A DNA stretch of 64,000 nucleotides from the human T2T-CHM13v2.0 reference genome, Homo sapiens. Every line of letters begins with the position of its first letter. The first letter of the stretch is position 1. The position numbers and the translations under genes are program-made. Location: NCBI RefSeq assembly GCF_009914755.1, contig NC_060934.1; one strand, written 5' to 3'. This document shows, in pieces, positions 39,631-57,245 of the stretch. The notes below the pieces were generated by a model, which made no database searches, was not told the origin of the DNA, and saw nothing but the letters and a program-made list of their open reading frames with translations.

Positions 39631-42439
39631 GTTGCAAATCTGTGAGATGAATGCACGCAACACAAAGAAGTTTCTCAGAAAGTTTCTGTCTAGTTTTTAT
39701 GTGAAGATGTTCCCTTTTTCACCATAGGCCACAAAGGGTTTACAAATATCCCTTTGCAGATTCTGCTGAAAGACTGTTTCCAAACTGCTCAATCAAAGGA
39801 AGGTACAATGCTGTGAGATAAATGCATGCAACACAAAGAAGTTTCTGAGAAACCTTCTGCCTAGTTTTTATGTGAAGGTATTTCCTTTTTCACCATAGGC
39901 CTCATAGGGATCCCAAATAACCCTTGGCAGATTCTACAAAAAGACAGTTTCCAAACTGCTCAATTAAAAGAAAGGTTCAATTCTGTCAGATGAATGCACA
40001 CATCACAAGGACGTTTCTCAGAAAACTTCTGTCTAGTTTTTATGTGAAGATGTTTCCTTTTTCACTATAGGCCTCAAAGAGCCCTCAAATATCCCTTTGC
40101 AGATTCTACAAAAAGACTCTTTACAAACTTCTGAATCAAAAGAAAGTTTCAACTCTGTGAGATGAATGCAGGCATCACAAAGAAGTTTCTCAGAATGCTT
40201 CTGTCTAGTTTTTATGTGAAGATATTTCCTTTTTCACCATAGACCTCAAAGCGATCCAAATATCCATTTGCAGATTCTACAAAAAGACTGTTTCCGAACT
40301 GCTCAATCAAAAGTACGGTTCAACTCCATGAGATGAAAGCATACATCATAAAGTAATTTCTGAGAAAACTTCTGTCTGGTTTTTGTGTGAAGATATTTCC
40401 TATTTCACCATAGGCCATAAGGGCTCACAAATATTGTTTTGCACATTCTACAAAAGGACCATTTACAAACTGCTCAATGCAAAGAAAGGTTCAACCCTGT
40501 GAGATGAATGCAAACATCAAAAAGAAGTTTCTCAGAAATCTTCTGTCTAGTTTTTATGGGAAGATATTTCCTTTTTCACCACTGGCCACAAACCATTCAG
40601 AAATATCACTTTGCAGATTCTAGAAAAGACTGCTTCCAAACTGCTCAATCAAAAGAAAGGTACAACTCTGTGAGATGAATACACACATCACAGAGAGGCT
40701 TCTCAGAAAGCTTCTTTCTAGTTTTTATGTGAAGATATTTCCTTTTTCACCATAGACCTCAAAGGGCTCCCTAATATCCCTCTGCAGATTCTACAAGAAG
40801 ACTGTTTTAAAACTGCTCAATCAAAAGAAAGGTTCAACTCTGTGAGATGAATGCACATATCACAAAGAAATTTCTCAGAAAGCTTCAATCTGGTTTTTAT
40901 GTCAAGATATTTCCTTTTTCACCACAGGCCTAAAATGGCTCCAAAATGTCCCCTTGCTGATTCCACAAAAAGAATGTTTCCAAACTGTTCAATCAAAAGA
41001 AAGTTTCAACTCTGTGAGATGAATGCACGCATCACTAAGAAGTTTCCCAGAAAGCTTCTGTCTAGTTTTCATGTGAAGATATTCCCTTTTTCACCATACG
41101 CCCCAAACTGCTCAGAAATAGTCTTTTGCAGATTCTAGTAAAAGACTGTTTCCAAACTGCTCAATCAAAGAAAGCTTTAACTCTGTGAGATGAATGCACA
41201 CATCACAAAGAAGTTTCTCAGAAAGCTTCTGTCTAGTTTTTATGTGAAGATATTTCCTTTTTCTCCACAGCCTTCAAAGGGTTCCCAAATATCCCTTTGC
41301 AGATTCTACTGAAAGACTGGTTCCTAACTGCTTAATCAAAAGAATGTTTCAACTTTGTGAGATGAATGTGTGGAACACAAAGAAGTTTCTCAGAAAACTT
41401 CTGTCTAGTTTTCATATGAAGATATTTCCTTTTCCATCATAAGCCTGAAACTGCTCAGAAATATACCTTTGCAGATTCTACAAAAAGACTGTTTCCAAAC
41501 GGCTCAATCAAAAGGGATGTTTAACTCTGTGAGATGAATGCACTCATCACAAAGGCGTTTCTCACAAAGCTTCTGTCTGGTTTTTATGTGAAGATATTTG
41601 CTTCTTCATCATTGGCCTCAAAAGGCTCCCAAATATCCCTGTCTAGATGCTACAAAAAGACTGTTTCCAAACTGCCCAATCAAAAGAACCTTGCAGCTCT
41701 ATAGGATGAATGCATGCATCACAAAGAAGTTTCTCAGAAAGCTTCTTTCTAGTTTTTATGTGAAGATATTACCTTTTTTGCCACAAGCCTCAAAGGGATC
41801 CCAAATATCCCTTTGGAGATTCTAGAAAAAGACATTTTCCAAACTGCTCAATTGAAGGAAAGTTTCAACACTGGGAGCTGAATGCACACATCACAAAGAA
41901 GTTTCTCAGAAAGCTTCTGTCTAGCTTTTATGTGAAGATATTTCCTATTTCACCATAGACCTCAAACTGCTCAGAAATATCCCTTTGCAGATTCTACAAA
42001 AAGACTGTTTCCAAACTGCTCAATTAAAAGAAACGTTCAAATCCATGAGATGAATGCACAGATCACAAAGAAGATTCTCAGAAGGCTTCTCTCTAGTGTT
42101 TTTGTGAAGATATTACTTTTTCACCATAGGCCACAAAGGGTTCTGAAATATAGCTTTCCTGGTTCCACAAAAAGACATTTTCCAGACTGCTCAATCAAAA
42201 TAAAGTTTCATCTCTGTGAGATGAATGGACCCATCACAAAGAAGTTTCTCAGAAAGCAACCATCTAATTTTTATGTGAAGATATTCTCTGCTTCACCATG
42301 GGCCTCAAAGGGATCCCAAATATTCCATTTCATATTCAACAAAAAGTCTGTTTCCAAACTGCCCAATCAAAAGAAAAGTTCATCTCCATGAGTTGAATGC
42401 ACACATAACAAAGGAGTTTCTCAGAAAGATTCTATCTAG

Positions 42440-43960
42440 TTTTTATGTGAAGATATTTCCTTTTTCACCATAGGCCTCAAACTGCTCAGAAATTTTCCTT
42501 TGCAGATTCCAGTAAAAGACTGTTTCCAAACTGCTCAATGAAAAGAAAGCTTTATCTCTTGAGATGAATCCACACATCACAAAGAAGTAAATCAGAAAGC
42601 TTCTGCCTAGTTTTTATGTGAAGATGTTTCCTATTTCACCACAGGACTCAAAGGGCTCCAAAATATCCCTTTGCTGAATCTGCAAAAAGACCATTTCCAA
42701 ACTGCCCAATCAAAAGAAAGATTCAACCCTCTGAGATGAATGCACGCATCACAAGAAAGTTTCTCAGAAAACTTCTGTCTAGTTTGTATGTGAAGATATT
42801 TCCTTTATCACCATAGGCATCAAAGCACCCTCAAATATCCCTTTGCAGATTCTACAAAAAGACTGTTTCCACACAGTTCAATCAAAAGAAATGTTCAAAT
42901 CTGTGAGATGAATGCACGCATCATAAAGAAGTTTCTCAGAAAGCTTCTGTCTAGTTTTTATGTGAAGATATTTTCTTTTTCATCATAGGCCTCAAACTGC
43001 TAAGAAATATCCCTTTGCAGATTCTACAAAAAGACTGTTTCCAAACTGCTCAATCAAAAGAAATGTTCAACTCTGTGAGACGAGTGCACACATCACAAAG
43101 CAGTTTCTCAGAAGGCTTCTGTCTAGTTTTTATGTGAACATATTTCCTTTTTCACCATAGGCCTCAAAGGGCTCCCAAATATTCCCCAGCCGATTCTAAA
43201 AAAAGACTGTTTCCAAACTGCTCAGTCAAAAGGAAAGTTCAACTCTGTGAGTTGAATGCACACATCAAAAAAGAGTTTCTCAGAAAGCTTCTGTATAGTT
43301 TTATGTGAAGATGTTTCCTTTTTCACCATAGGCCTCAAACCACTCAGAAATATTCCTTTGCAGATTCTAGCAAAAGACTGTTTCCAAACAGCTCAATCAA
43401 AAGAAAGCTTTATCTCTTGAGATGAATGCACACATCACAAAGAAGTTTCTCAGAAAGCTTCTGTCTAGGTTTTATGTGATGATATTTCCTTATTCACCAC
43501 AGGCCTCAAAGGGCTGCCATATATCCCTTTGCAGATTCTGCAAAAAGACTGTTTCCAAACTGCTCAATCAAAAGAAAGTTTCAACCCTCTGAGATGAATG
43601 TACGCATCACAAAGAAGTTTCTCAGAAAACTTCTGTCTAGTTTTTATGTGAAGGTATTTCCTTTATCACCATAGGCATCAAAGCGCCCTCAAATATCCCT
43701 TTGCAGATTCTACAAAAAGACTGTTTCCACACAGCTCAATCAAAAGAAAGGTTCAAATCTGTGAGATGAATGCACACCTCATAAAGAAGTTTCTCAGAAA
43801 GCTTCTGTCTAGTTTTTATGTGAAGATATTTTCTTTTTCATCATAGGCCTCAAACCACTAAGAAATATCCCTTTGCAAATTCTACAAAAAGACTGTTTCC
43901 AAACTGCTCAATCAAAAGAAATGTTCAACTCTGTGAGACGAGTGCACACATCACAAAGAA
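42440..43960. repeat. Tandem duplication of a 5-monomer unit (~858 bp)
   Basis: gctttatctcttgagatg at ~42549/43407, cctttatcaccataggcatcaaagc at ~42802/43660 and gagacgagtgcacac at ~43077/43936. Confidence 0.85.
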
Positions 43961-44669
43961 GTTTCTCAGAAAGCTTCTGTCCAGGTTTTATATGAAGATA
44001 TTTCCTTTTTCACCACAGGCTTCAAAGGGCTGCCATATATCCCTTTGCAGATTCTGCAAAAAGACTGTTTCCAAACTGCTCAATCAAAAGAAAGTTTGAA
44101 ACCTGAGAGATGAATGCACGCATCACAAAGAAGTTTCTCAGAAAACTTCTTTCTAGGTTTTATGTGAAGATATTTCCTTTATCACCATAGATGTCAAGGC
44201 TCCCCCAAATATCCCTTTGCAGATTCTACAAAAAGACTGTTTCCAGACTGCTCAATCAAAAGAAAGGTTAAACTCTGTGAGATGAATGCACACATCACAA
44301 AGAAGTTTCTCAGAAGGTTTCTGTCAAGTTTTTATGTGAAGATATTTCCTTTTTCACCTTAGGCCTCAAAAGGCTCAGAAATGTCACTTTGCAGATTCTA
44401 GAAAAAGACTGTTTCCAAACTGCTCAATCAAAAGAAATGTTCAATTCTGTGAGGTGAATGTACACATCACTTAGAAGTTTCTCAGAAAACTTCTGTCTAG
44501 TTTTTATGTGAATATATTTCCTTTTTCTCCACAGGCCTCAAAGAGCTCCCAAATATCCCTTTGCAGATTCTACTAAAAGACTGTTTTCAAACTACTCAAT
44601 CAAAAGAAAGTTTCAACTCTGTGAGATGAATGCTCACAACACAAACAAGTTTCTCAGGAAGCTTCTGTG

Positions 44670-46740
44670 TAGTTTTCATATGAAGATTTTTTTTTCCACC
44701 ATAAGCCTCAAACAGCTCAGAAATATTCCTTTGCAGATTCTACAAAAAGACTGTTTCCAAATTGCTCAATCAAAAGGGAGGTTCAACTCTGTGAGATGAA
44801 TGCACTCATCACAAAGACGTTTCTTACAAATCTTCTGTATGGTTTTTATGTGAAGATATTTGCTTTTTCATCATAGGCCTCAAAAGTCTCCCAAATATCC
44901 CTTTCCAGATTCTAGAAAAAGACTGTTTCCAAACTGCTGAATCAAAAGAACTTGCAACCCTATAGGATGAATGCATGCATCACAAAGAAGTTTCTCAGAA
45001 AGCTTCTGTCTAGTTTTTATGTGAAGATATTACCTTTTTCACTATAGGCCTCAAAGGGATCCCAAATATCCCTTTGGAGATTCTACAAAAAGACATTTTC
45101 CAAACTGCAGAATTTAAGGAAAGTTTCAACAGTGGGAGAAGAATGCACATATCACAAAGAAGTTTCTCAGAAAGGTTCTGTCTAGTTTTTATGTGAAGAT
45201 ATTTCCTATTTCACCATAGGCCTGAAACCGCTCAGAAATATCACTTTGAAGATTCTACAAAAAGATTGTTTCCAAACTACTCAATTAAAAGAAACGTTGA
45301 AATCCGTGAGATGAATGTACACATCACAAAGAGGTTTCTCAGAAATTTTCTGTCTACTTTTTATGTGAACATATTTCTTCTTCACCATAGACCTCAAAGG
45401 GCTCTGAAATATCCCTTTGCTGATTCCACAAAAATACGGTTTCCAGAATGCTCAAAGAAGAGAAAGTTTCAACTCTGTGAGATGAATGCATGTATCACAA
45501 AGAAGTTTCTCAGAAAGCATCTGTCTAGTTTTTATGTGAAGACATTCCCTTTTTCACCATGGGCCCCGAAGGGATCCCAAATATTCCATTGCAGATTCCA
45601 CAAAAAGACTTTTTCCAAACTGCTCAATCAAAAGAAAAGTTCATCTCTGTGAATTGAATGCACACATAACAAAGAAGTTTCTCAGAAAGCTTCTGTCTAG
45701 TTTTCATATGAAGATATTTCCTTTTCCACCATAAGCCTCAAACCGCTCAGAAATATCCCTTTGCAGATAATACAAAAAGTCTGTGTCCAAACTGCTCAAT
45801 CAAAAGTGACGTTCAACTCTGTGAGATGAATGCACTCATCACAAAGACATTTCCCGCAAGCTTCTGTCCGGTTTTTATGTGAAGATATTTGCTTTTTCAT
45901 CGTAGGCCTCAAAAGGCTCCCAAATATCCCTTTCCAGATTCTACAAAAAGACTGTTTCCAAACTGCTCAATCAAAAGAAACTTGCAACTCTATAGGATGA
46001 ATGCTCGCATCACAAAGAAGTTTCTCAGAAAGCTTCTGTCTAGTTTTTATGTGAAGATATTACCTTTTTCACTAAAGGCCTCAAAGAGATCCCAAATATC
46101 CCTTTGGAGATTCTACAAAGAGACATTTTCCAAACTGCTCAGTCAAAGGAAAGTTTCAACACTGGGAGCTGAATGCACACATCACAAAGAAGTTTCTCAG
46201 AAAGCTTCTGTTTAGTTTTTATGTGAAGATATTCCCTATTTCACCATAGGCCTCAAACTACTCAGAAATGTCCCTTTGCAGATTCTCCAAAAAGACTATT
46301 TCCAAACTGCTCAATTAAAAGAAATGTTCAAATCTGTAAGATGAATGCACACATCACAAAGAAGTTTCTCATAAAGCTTCTGTCTACTTTTTATGTGAAG
46401 ATATTTCTTTTTCACCATGGGCCACAAAGGGCTCTGAAATATCCCTTTGCTGATTCCACAAAAATACTGTTTCCAGAATGCTCAATCAAAAGAAAGTTTC
46501 AACTCTGTAAGATGAATGCATGCATCACAAAGAAGTTTCCCAGAAAGCATCTATCTAGTTTTTACGTGAACATATTCCCTTTTTCACCATGGGCCTCAAA
46601 GGGATCCCAAATATCCCATTGCAGATTCCACAAAAAGACTGTCTCCAAAATGCTCAATCAAAAGGAATTTCATCACTGTGAGTTGAATGCACACATAACA
46701 AAGAACTTCCATGAGTTGAATGCACACATAACAAAGAAGT
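44670..46740. repeat. Tandem duplication of a 6-monomer unit (~1030 bp x2), with a third copy at ~41400-42430
   Basis: ataggatgaatg occurs at 41701, 44962 and 45992. ccctttggagattc…gacattttcc, tgggag and caccatgggcc…gggatccc recur in the same order in all three copies. Confidence 0.88.
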
Positions 46741-47736
46741 TTCTCAGAAAGCTTCTGTCTAGTTTTTATGGGAAGATATTTCCTTTTTCACCATAGGACT
46801 CAAGCCACTCCAAAATATCCCTTTGCAGATTCTATGACAAGACTGTTTCCATATGGCTCAATCAAAAGAAAGTTTCAAACCTGTGAGATGAATGCAAACA
46901 TCATAAAGAAGTTTCTCAGAAACCTTCTGTCTAGTTTTTATGTGAAGATATTTACTTTTTCATCATAGGCCTCAAACCGCTAACATCCCTTTGCAGATTC
47001 TACAAAAAGACTGTTTCCAAACTGCTCAATCAAAAGAAATGTTCAACTCTGTGAGATGAGTGCACACATCACAAAGAAGTTTCTCAGAAAGCTTCTGTCT
47101 AGTTTTTTAGCGAACATATTTTCTTTTTCACCAGAAGCCTCAAAGGGCTCCCAAATATTCCCCAGGAGATTCTACAAAAAGACTGTTTCCAAATTGCTCA
47201 ATCAAAAGGAAAGTTCAACTCTGTGGGTTGAATGCACACATTCCAAAAGAGTTTCTCAGAAAGCTTCTGTCTAGTATTTATGTGAAGATATTTCCTTTTT
47301 CACCATAGGCCACAAACCTCTTAGAAATATCCCTTTGCAGATTCTACAAAAAGACGTTTTCCAAACTGCTCAGTCAGAAGAAAGCATCAACTCCGTGAGA
47401 TGAATGCATATGTTACAAAAAAGTTTCTCAGAAATCTTCAGTCTAGGTTTTATGTGAAGATATTTCCTTTTTCATCATAGTCCTCAAAGGGATCCCAAAA
47501 ATCCCTTTGCAGATTTTACAAAAATACTGTTTCCAAAATGCTCAATCATAAGAAAGTTTCAACTCTGTGAGATGAATGCACACATCAAAAAGAAGTTTCT
47601 CAGAAAGCTACTGTGTAGTTTTCATAAGAAGATATTTACTTTTTCAGCATAGGCCCCAAATCGCTTGGGAATATCCCTTTGCAGATCTATAAAAATACCG
47701 TTCTCCAACTGCTCAATCAAAAGAAATGTTGAACTA

Positions 47737-47800
47737 TTTTTTTCTTTTTTTTATTATTCTTCTTCTTTAAGTTTTAGGGTACATGTGCACAATGTGCAGG
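47737..47800 (-). mobile_element. LINE-1 3'-tip remnant (~64 bp including tail)
   Basis: T-rich tail followed by ctttaagttttagggtacatgtgcacaatgtgcagg, the antisense extreme 3' end of L1PA. There is no clean TSD. Confidence 0.92.
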
Positions 47801-50800
47801 CTCAATCAAAAGAAAAGTTCAAGTCTGTGAGTTGAATGCACACATCAAATAGAAGTTTCTCAGAAAGCTCACTGTCCAATTTCTATGTTAAGATATTCCC
47901 TTTTTCACCATAGGCCTCAAAGGGATCTCAAATATCCCTTTGCAGATTCTAGAAAAAGACTGTTTCCACCTGCTCAATCAAAAGAAATGTTCAACTTTGT
48001 GAGTTCAATGCACATATCACAACGAAGTTTCTCAGAAAGCTTCTGTCTAGTTTTCATGTGAAGATATTTCCTTTTTCACCACAGGCATGAAAGCGCCCTC
48101 AGATATCCTTTTCCTGATTCTACAAAAGACTGTTTCCAAACTGCTCAATCAAAAGAAAGGTTCAAATCTGTGAGATGAATGCACACATCACAAGGAAGTT
48201 TCTCAAAAGCATCTGTCTAGTTTTTGTATGAAGATATTTCCTTTTTCACCATAGGCCTCAAACCACTCAGAAATATCCTAATGCAGAATCCACAATAAGA
48301 CTGTTTCCAAACTGCTCAATCAAGTTAAAAGTTCAAGTCTGTGAGTTGAATACACACATCAAAAAGGAGTTTCTCTGAAAGCTCTGTCTAGTTTTTATGT
48401 GAAGACATTTTGTTCTTCACAAAAGGCCTCAAACCACTCCGAAATATCCCTTTGCTGATTCTAGAAAGAGACTGCTTCCAAACTTCTCAATTAAAAGAAA
48501 GCTTCAACTCTGTGACGTGAATGCACACATCACAAAGAACTTTCTCAGAAATATTCTGTCTAGTTTTTATGGGAAGATATTTCCTTTTTCACCATAGGCC
48601 TTAAACTGCTCAGAAATATCCCTTTTCAGATTCTAGAAAAAGACTGTTTCCAAACTGCTCAATAAAAAGACATGTTCAGCTCTGTGAGATGAATGCACAC
48701 ATTAATAAGAATTTTATGAGAAAGCTTCTGTGTAGCTTTTATGTGAAGATATTCCCTTTTCCACCATAGGCCACAAAGGGATCCCAAATATCCCTTCTGC
48801 AGATTCTACAAAAAGACTGTTTCCAAAACCCTCAATCAAAAGAAAGGTTCAACTCTGTGTGTTGAATGTACACATCACAAAGAAGATTCTCAGAAACTTC
48901 TGCCTAGTTTTTATGTGAAGATAGTTCCTATTTCACCATAGGCCTAAAACTGCTCAGAAATATCCCCTTGCAGATTCTAGAAAAAGACTGTTTCCAAACT
49001 GCTCAATCAAAAGAAAGTTTCAACTCCGTGAGATGAATGCACACATCCCAAAGAAGTTCCTCAGACAGCTTCTGTGTAGTTTTTATGTAAAGGTATTTCC
49101 TTTTTCACTATAGGCCTCTAACTGCTCAGAAATATCCCTTTGCATATTCTACACAAAGACTGTTTCCAAACTGCTCAATCAAAACAAAGCTTCAACTCTG
49201 TGAGATGAATGCACACATCCTAAAGAAGTTTCACAGAAAGTTTGTATCTAGTTTTTATGTGAAGATATTTCCCTTTTCAACATAGGCCTCAAAGGGTGAT
49301 GAAATATCCCTTTGTAGATTCTACAAACAGACTGTTTCCAAACTGCTCAATCAAAAGAAAGATTCAACACTGAGAGATGAAGGCACACATCACAAAGTAT
49401 CTTTTGAGAAATCTCTGTCTAGTTTTTACGTGAAGATATTTCCTTTTTCACCTAGGACTCAAAGGGTTTCCAAATTTCCCTCAGCAGATTCTGAAAAAAA
49501 TAAAATAAAAAAAGGCTGTTTTGAAACTGCTCAAATAAAAGAAAGGTTCAATTCTGTGAGATGAATTCAAACATCATAAGGAAGATTCTCTGAGAGCTTC
49601 TGTCTAGTTTTTATATTAACATATTTACTTTTTCATCATGGTCCTCCAATTGCTCCCAAATATCCCTTTGCAGATTCTAAAAAAAGACTGCTTCCAAACT
49701 GTTCAATCAACAGAAAGGATCAACTCTGTGAGTTGAATGCACACATCACAAAGATGTTTCTCAGAATGCTTTTGTCTACTTTTTATGTGAAGGTATTTCC
49801 TTTTCACACTAGGCCTCAAACACTCAGAATTATCCCTTTGAACATTCTACAAAAAGACTGTTTCCAAACTGCTCAATGAAAAGAAAGTTTCAACTCTGTG
49901 AGATGAATGCACTCATCATTAAGAAGTTTCTCAGAAAGCTTCTGTCTAGTTTTATGTAAAGACATTCGCTTTTTCACCGTAGGGTGTAAAGGGATGTCAA
50001 ATGTCTCTTTGCAGATTCTATACAATGATTGTTTCCAAACAGCTCAATCAAAACAAAGGTTCATCTCTGTGAGTTGAATGCAAACATCACAAAAAAAGTT
50101 TCTCAGAAAGCTTCTGTCTAGTTTTTAATTGATGATATTTCCTTTCTCACCCTAGGTCTCAAACCTCTCAGAAATATACCTTTGCAGATTCTAGAAAAAG
50201 ACTGTTTCCAAACTGCACAATCTAAAGAAAAGTTCAACTCTGTGAGATGAATGCACACGTTAAAAAGAGGTTTCTCAGAAAGCTTCTGTCTAGTTTTTAT
50301 ATGAAGATATTTCCTTTTTCACCATCGGCCTCAAACCGCTCAGAAATATCCCATTGCAGATTCTATAAAAAGACTCTTTCCAAACTGCTCAATGAAAAGG
50401 AAGTTTCAACTCTGTGAGATTAATGCACACTTTACAAAGAAGTGTCTTAGAAATCTGTCTAGTTTTTATATGAAGATATTCCGTTTTTCACCATAGGCCT
50501 CAAAGGGATCCCAAATATCCCTTGCAGTTTCTGTAAAAAGATTGTTTCCAAACTGCTAAATCAAAAGAAAGTTTCAACTCTGTGAGTTACATGCAAACAC
50601 CACAAAGAAGTTTCCAGAAAACTTCTGTCTAGTTTTTACGTGAAGATATTTCCTTTTTCACACTAGGCCTCACACCACTCAGAAATATCCCTTTGCAGAT
50701 TCTAGAAAAGGACTGTTTCCAAACTACTCAATCAAAAGAAAGTTTCAACTCTGTGAGATAAATGCACATATCAGAAATAAGTTACTGAGAAAGATTCTGT

Positions 50801-53585
50801 CTAGTTTTTATGTGAAGATATTTCCTTTTTCACACTAGGCCTCATACCGCTCAGAAGTATCCCTTTGCAGATTCTAGAAAAAGACTGTTTACAAACTGCT
50901 GAGGAAAAGAAAGTCTCAACTCAGTGAGATAAATGCACACATTACAAGGAAGTTTCTCAGAAGGCTTTTGTCTAATTTTTATGTGAAAATATTTCCTTTT
51001 TCAACATAGGCATCAAAAAACTAAGAAAAATACCTTTTCAGGTTCTACAAATAGACTGTTTAAAAACTGCTCAATCAAAAGAAAGTTTCATCTCTGTGAG
51101 ATAAATGCACACATCACAAAGAATTCTCTGAAAATGTTTTTGTCTAGTATTCATGTGAAGATATTTCCTTTTTCACCATAGGTCTCAAAGGGTTCCTAAT
51201 TATCTCTTTGCAGATTCTACAAAAAGACTGTTTCCAAACTGTTCAATCAAAGGAAAGGTCCAATTCCGTGAGATGAATGCACACATCATAAAGATGTTTC
51301 TCAGAAAGCTTCTGTTTGGTTTTCATATGAAGATATTTCCTTTTTCTCCATAGGCCTCAAACTGCTCAGAAATATCCCTTCACAGATTTTTGAAAAACAA
51401 TGTGTTCAATCTGCTCAATCAAATCAAAGCTTCAACTCTGAGAGATGAATGCACACATCACAAAGAATTTTCTGAGAAATCTTCTGTCTAGTTTTTATGT
51501 GAACATATTTCGTTTTTCACCATAGGCCTCAAAGGGTTCCCAAATATCCCTTTGCAGATTCTACAAAATGACCGTTTCCTAACTGCTCAATCAAAAGAAA
51601 GGTTCAACTCTCTGGGATGAATGCACACATTATTAAGTGGTTTCTCAAAACTTGTGTCTAGTTTTTATATGAAGATATTTCTTTTTTCACCATAGTCCTC
51701 AAACCGCTCAGAAATATCCCTTTGCAGAAACTACAAAAAGGCAGTTTCCAAACTGCTCAATGAAAAGAATGGATCAACTCTGTGAGATGAATGCACACAT
51801 CACAAAGAAGTGTCTCAGAAAGCTTCTGTCTAGTTTTCATGTGAATATATTCCCATTTTCACTAGAGTCCTCAAGGGGATCCCAAATATCCCTTTGCAGA
51901 TTCTACAAAAAGACAGTATCTAAACTACTCAATCAAAAGAAAGGTTCAACTCTGTGAGATGAATCCACACATCACAAAGAATTTTTTGTGAAAGCTACTA
52001 TCTAGTTTTAATGTGAAGGTATTTCCTTTTTCACCATAGGCCTCAAAGGGCTCCCAAATATCCCTTTGCAGATTCTATAAAAAGACTGTTTTCAAACTGC
52101 TCAGTCAAAAGAAAGGTTCAACTCCGTGAGTTGAATGCACACATTGAAAAGAAATTTCTCAGAAAGCTTCTATCTAGTTTTTATATGAAGATATTCCCTT
52201 TTTCACCATAGGCCTCAAAGGGATCCCAAATATCTCATGGCAGATTCTACAAAAAGACTGCTTCCAAACTGCTCAATGAAAAGAAAGGTTCAACTGTGTG
52301 ATATGAAGGCACACATCTTAAAGAAATTTCTTAGAAAGCTTCTGTCTAGTTTTCACATGAAGATATTTCCTTTTTCACCATAGGCCTCAAACCACTCAGT
52401 AACATCCCTTTGCAGATTCTACCAAAAGACTATTTCCAATCTGCTCAATCAAAAGAAAGTTTCAACTCTGTAGGATGAATGCATACATCATTAACAGGTT
52501 TCTCAGAAAGCTTCTGTCTAGTTTTTATATGAAGATATTTCCTTTTTCACCATAGGCCTCAAGCCGCTTAGAAATATCCCTTGTCAGATGCTACAAAAAG
52601 ACTGTTTCCAAACTGCTTAATCAAAAGAAAGGTTCAACTTTGTGACATGAATGCACATATCACAAAGAAGTTTCTCAGAAAGCTTCTATCTAGTTTTTAA
52701 GAGAAAATATTCCCTTTTTCACCATGGGCCTCAAATAGTACCCAAATATCCCCTTGCAGATACTACAAAGGGACTGTTTCCAATCTGCTCAATGAAAAGA
52801 AAGGTTCAATGCTGTGAGTTGAATGCACACATCATAAAGAAGTTTCTCAGAAAGTTTCTGTCTAGTTTTTATGTGAAGATATTTCCTTTTTCACCATTGG
52901 ACTCAAACCACTCAGAAATATCCCTCTGCAGATTCTACAAAAAGACTGTTTCCAAACAACTCAGTCAAAAGAAAGTTTCAACTTTATGAGATGAATGCAT
53001 ACAACACAAGGAAGTTTCTCAGAAAACTTCTGGCTAATTTTTAAGTGAAGATATTTCCTTTTTCATCATAGGACTCAAACTGCTCAGGCTCAGAAATCTC
53101 CCTTTGCAGATTCTACAAAAAACGGTTTTCAAACTTCTCAATCAAAAGAAAGGTTCAACCCTGTGAGATGAAAGCACATATACCAAAGAATTTTCTGAGA
53201 AAGCTTTTGTCTAGTTTTCATGTGAAGATATTTCCTTTTTCACCATGAATCTTAAAGGGTTCCTACATATACCTTTGCAGATTATACAAAAAAGCTGTTT
53301 CCAAACTGCTCAATCAAAAGAAATGTTCAACTCTGTGAGATGAATTCACACATCTGAGAAAAGTTTCTCAGAGTGCTTCCATCTAGTTTTAATATGAGGG
53401 TATTTCGTTTTTCACCATAGGCCTCAAACCACTCAGAAATATCCCTTTGGAGATAATACAAAAATACTGTCTACAAACTGCTCAATCAAAAGAAAGGTTC
53501 AACTCTGTGAGATGAATGCATACATCACAAAGAAGTTTCTCAGAAAGCTTCTGTCTAGTTTTTATGTGAAGATATTCCCTTTTTC

Positions 53586-57245
<3,660 letters not shown>

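Noticed and set aside
53082-53093. gctcag-gctcag 6-bp duplication
   Set aside because: A trivial slippage event with no further structure.
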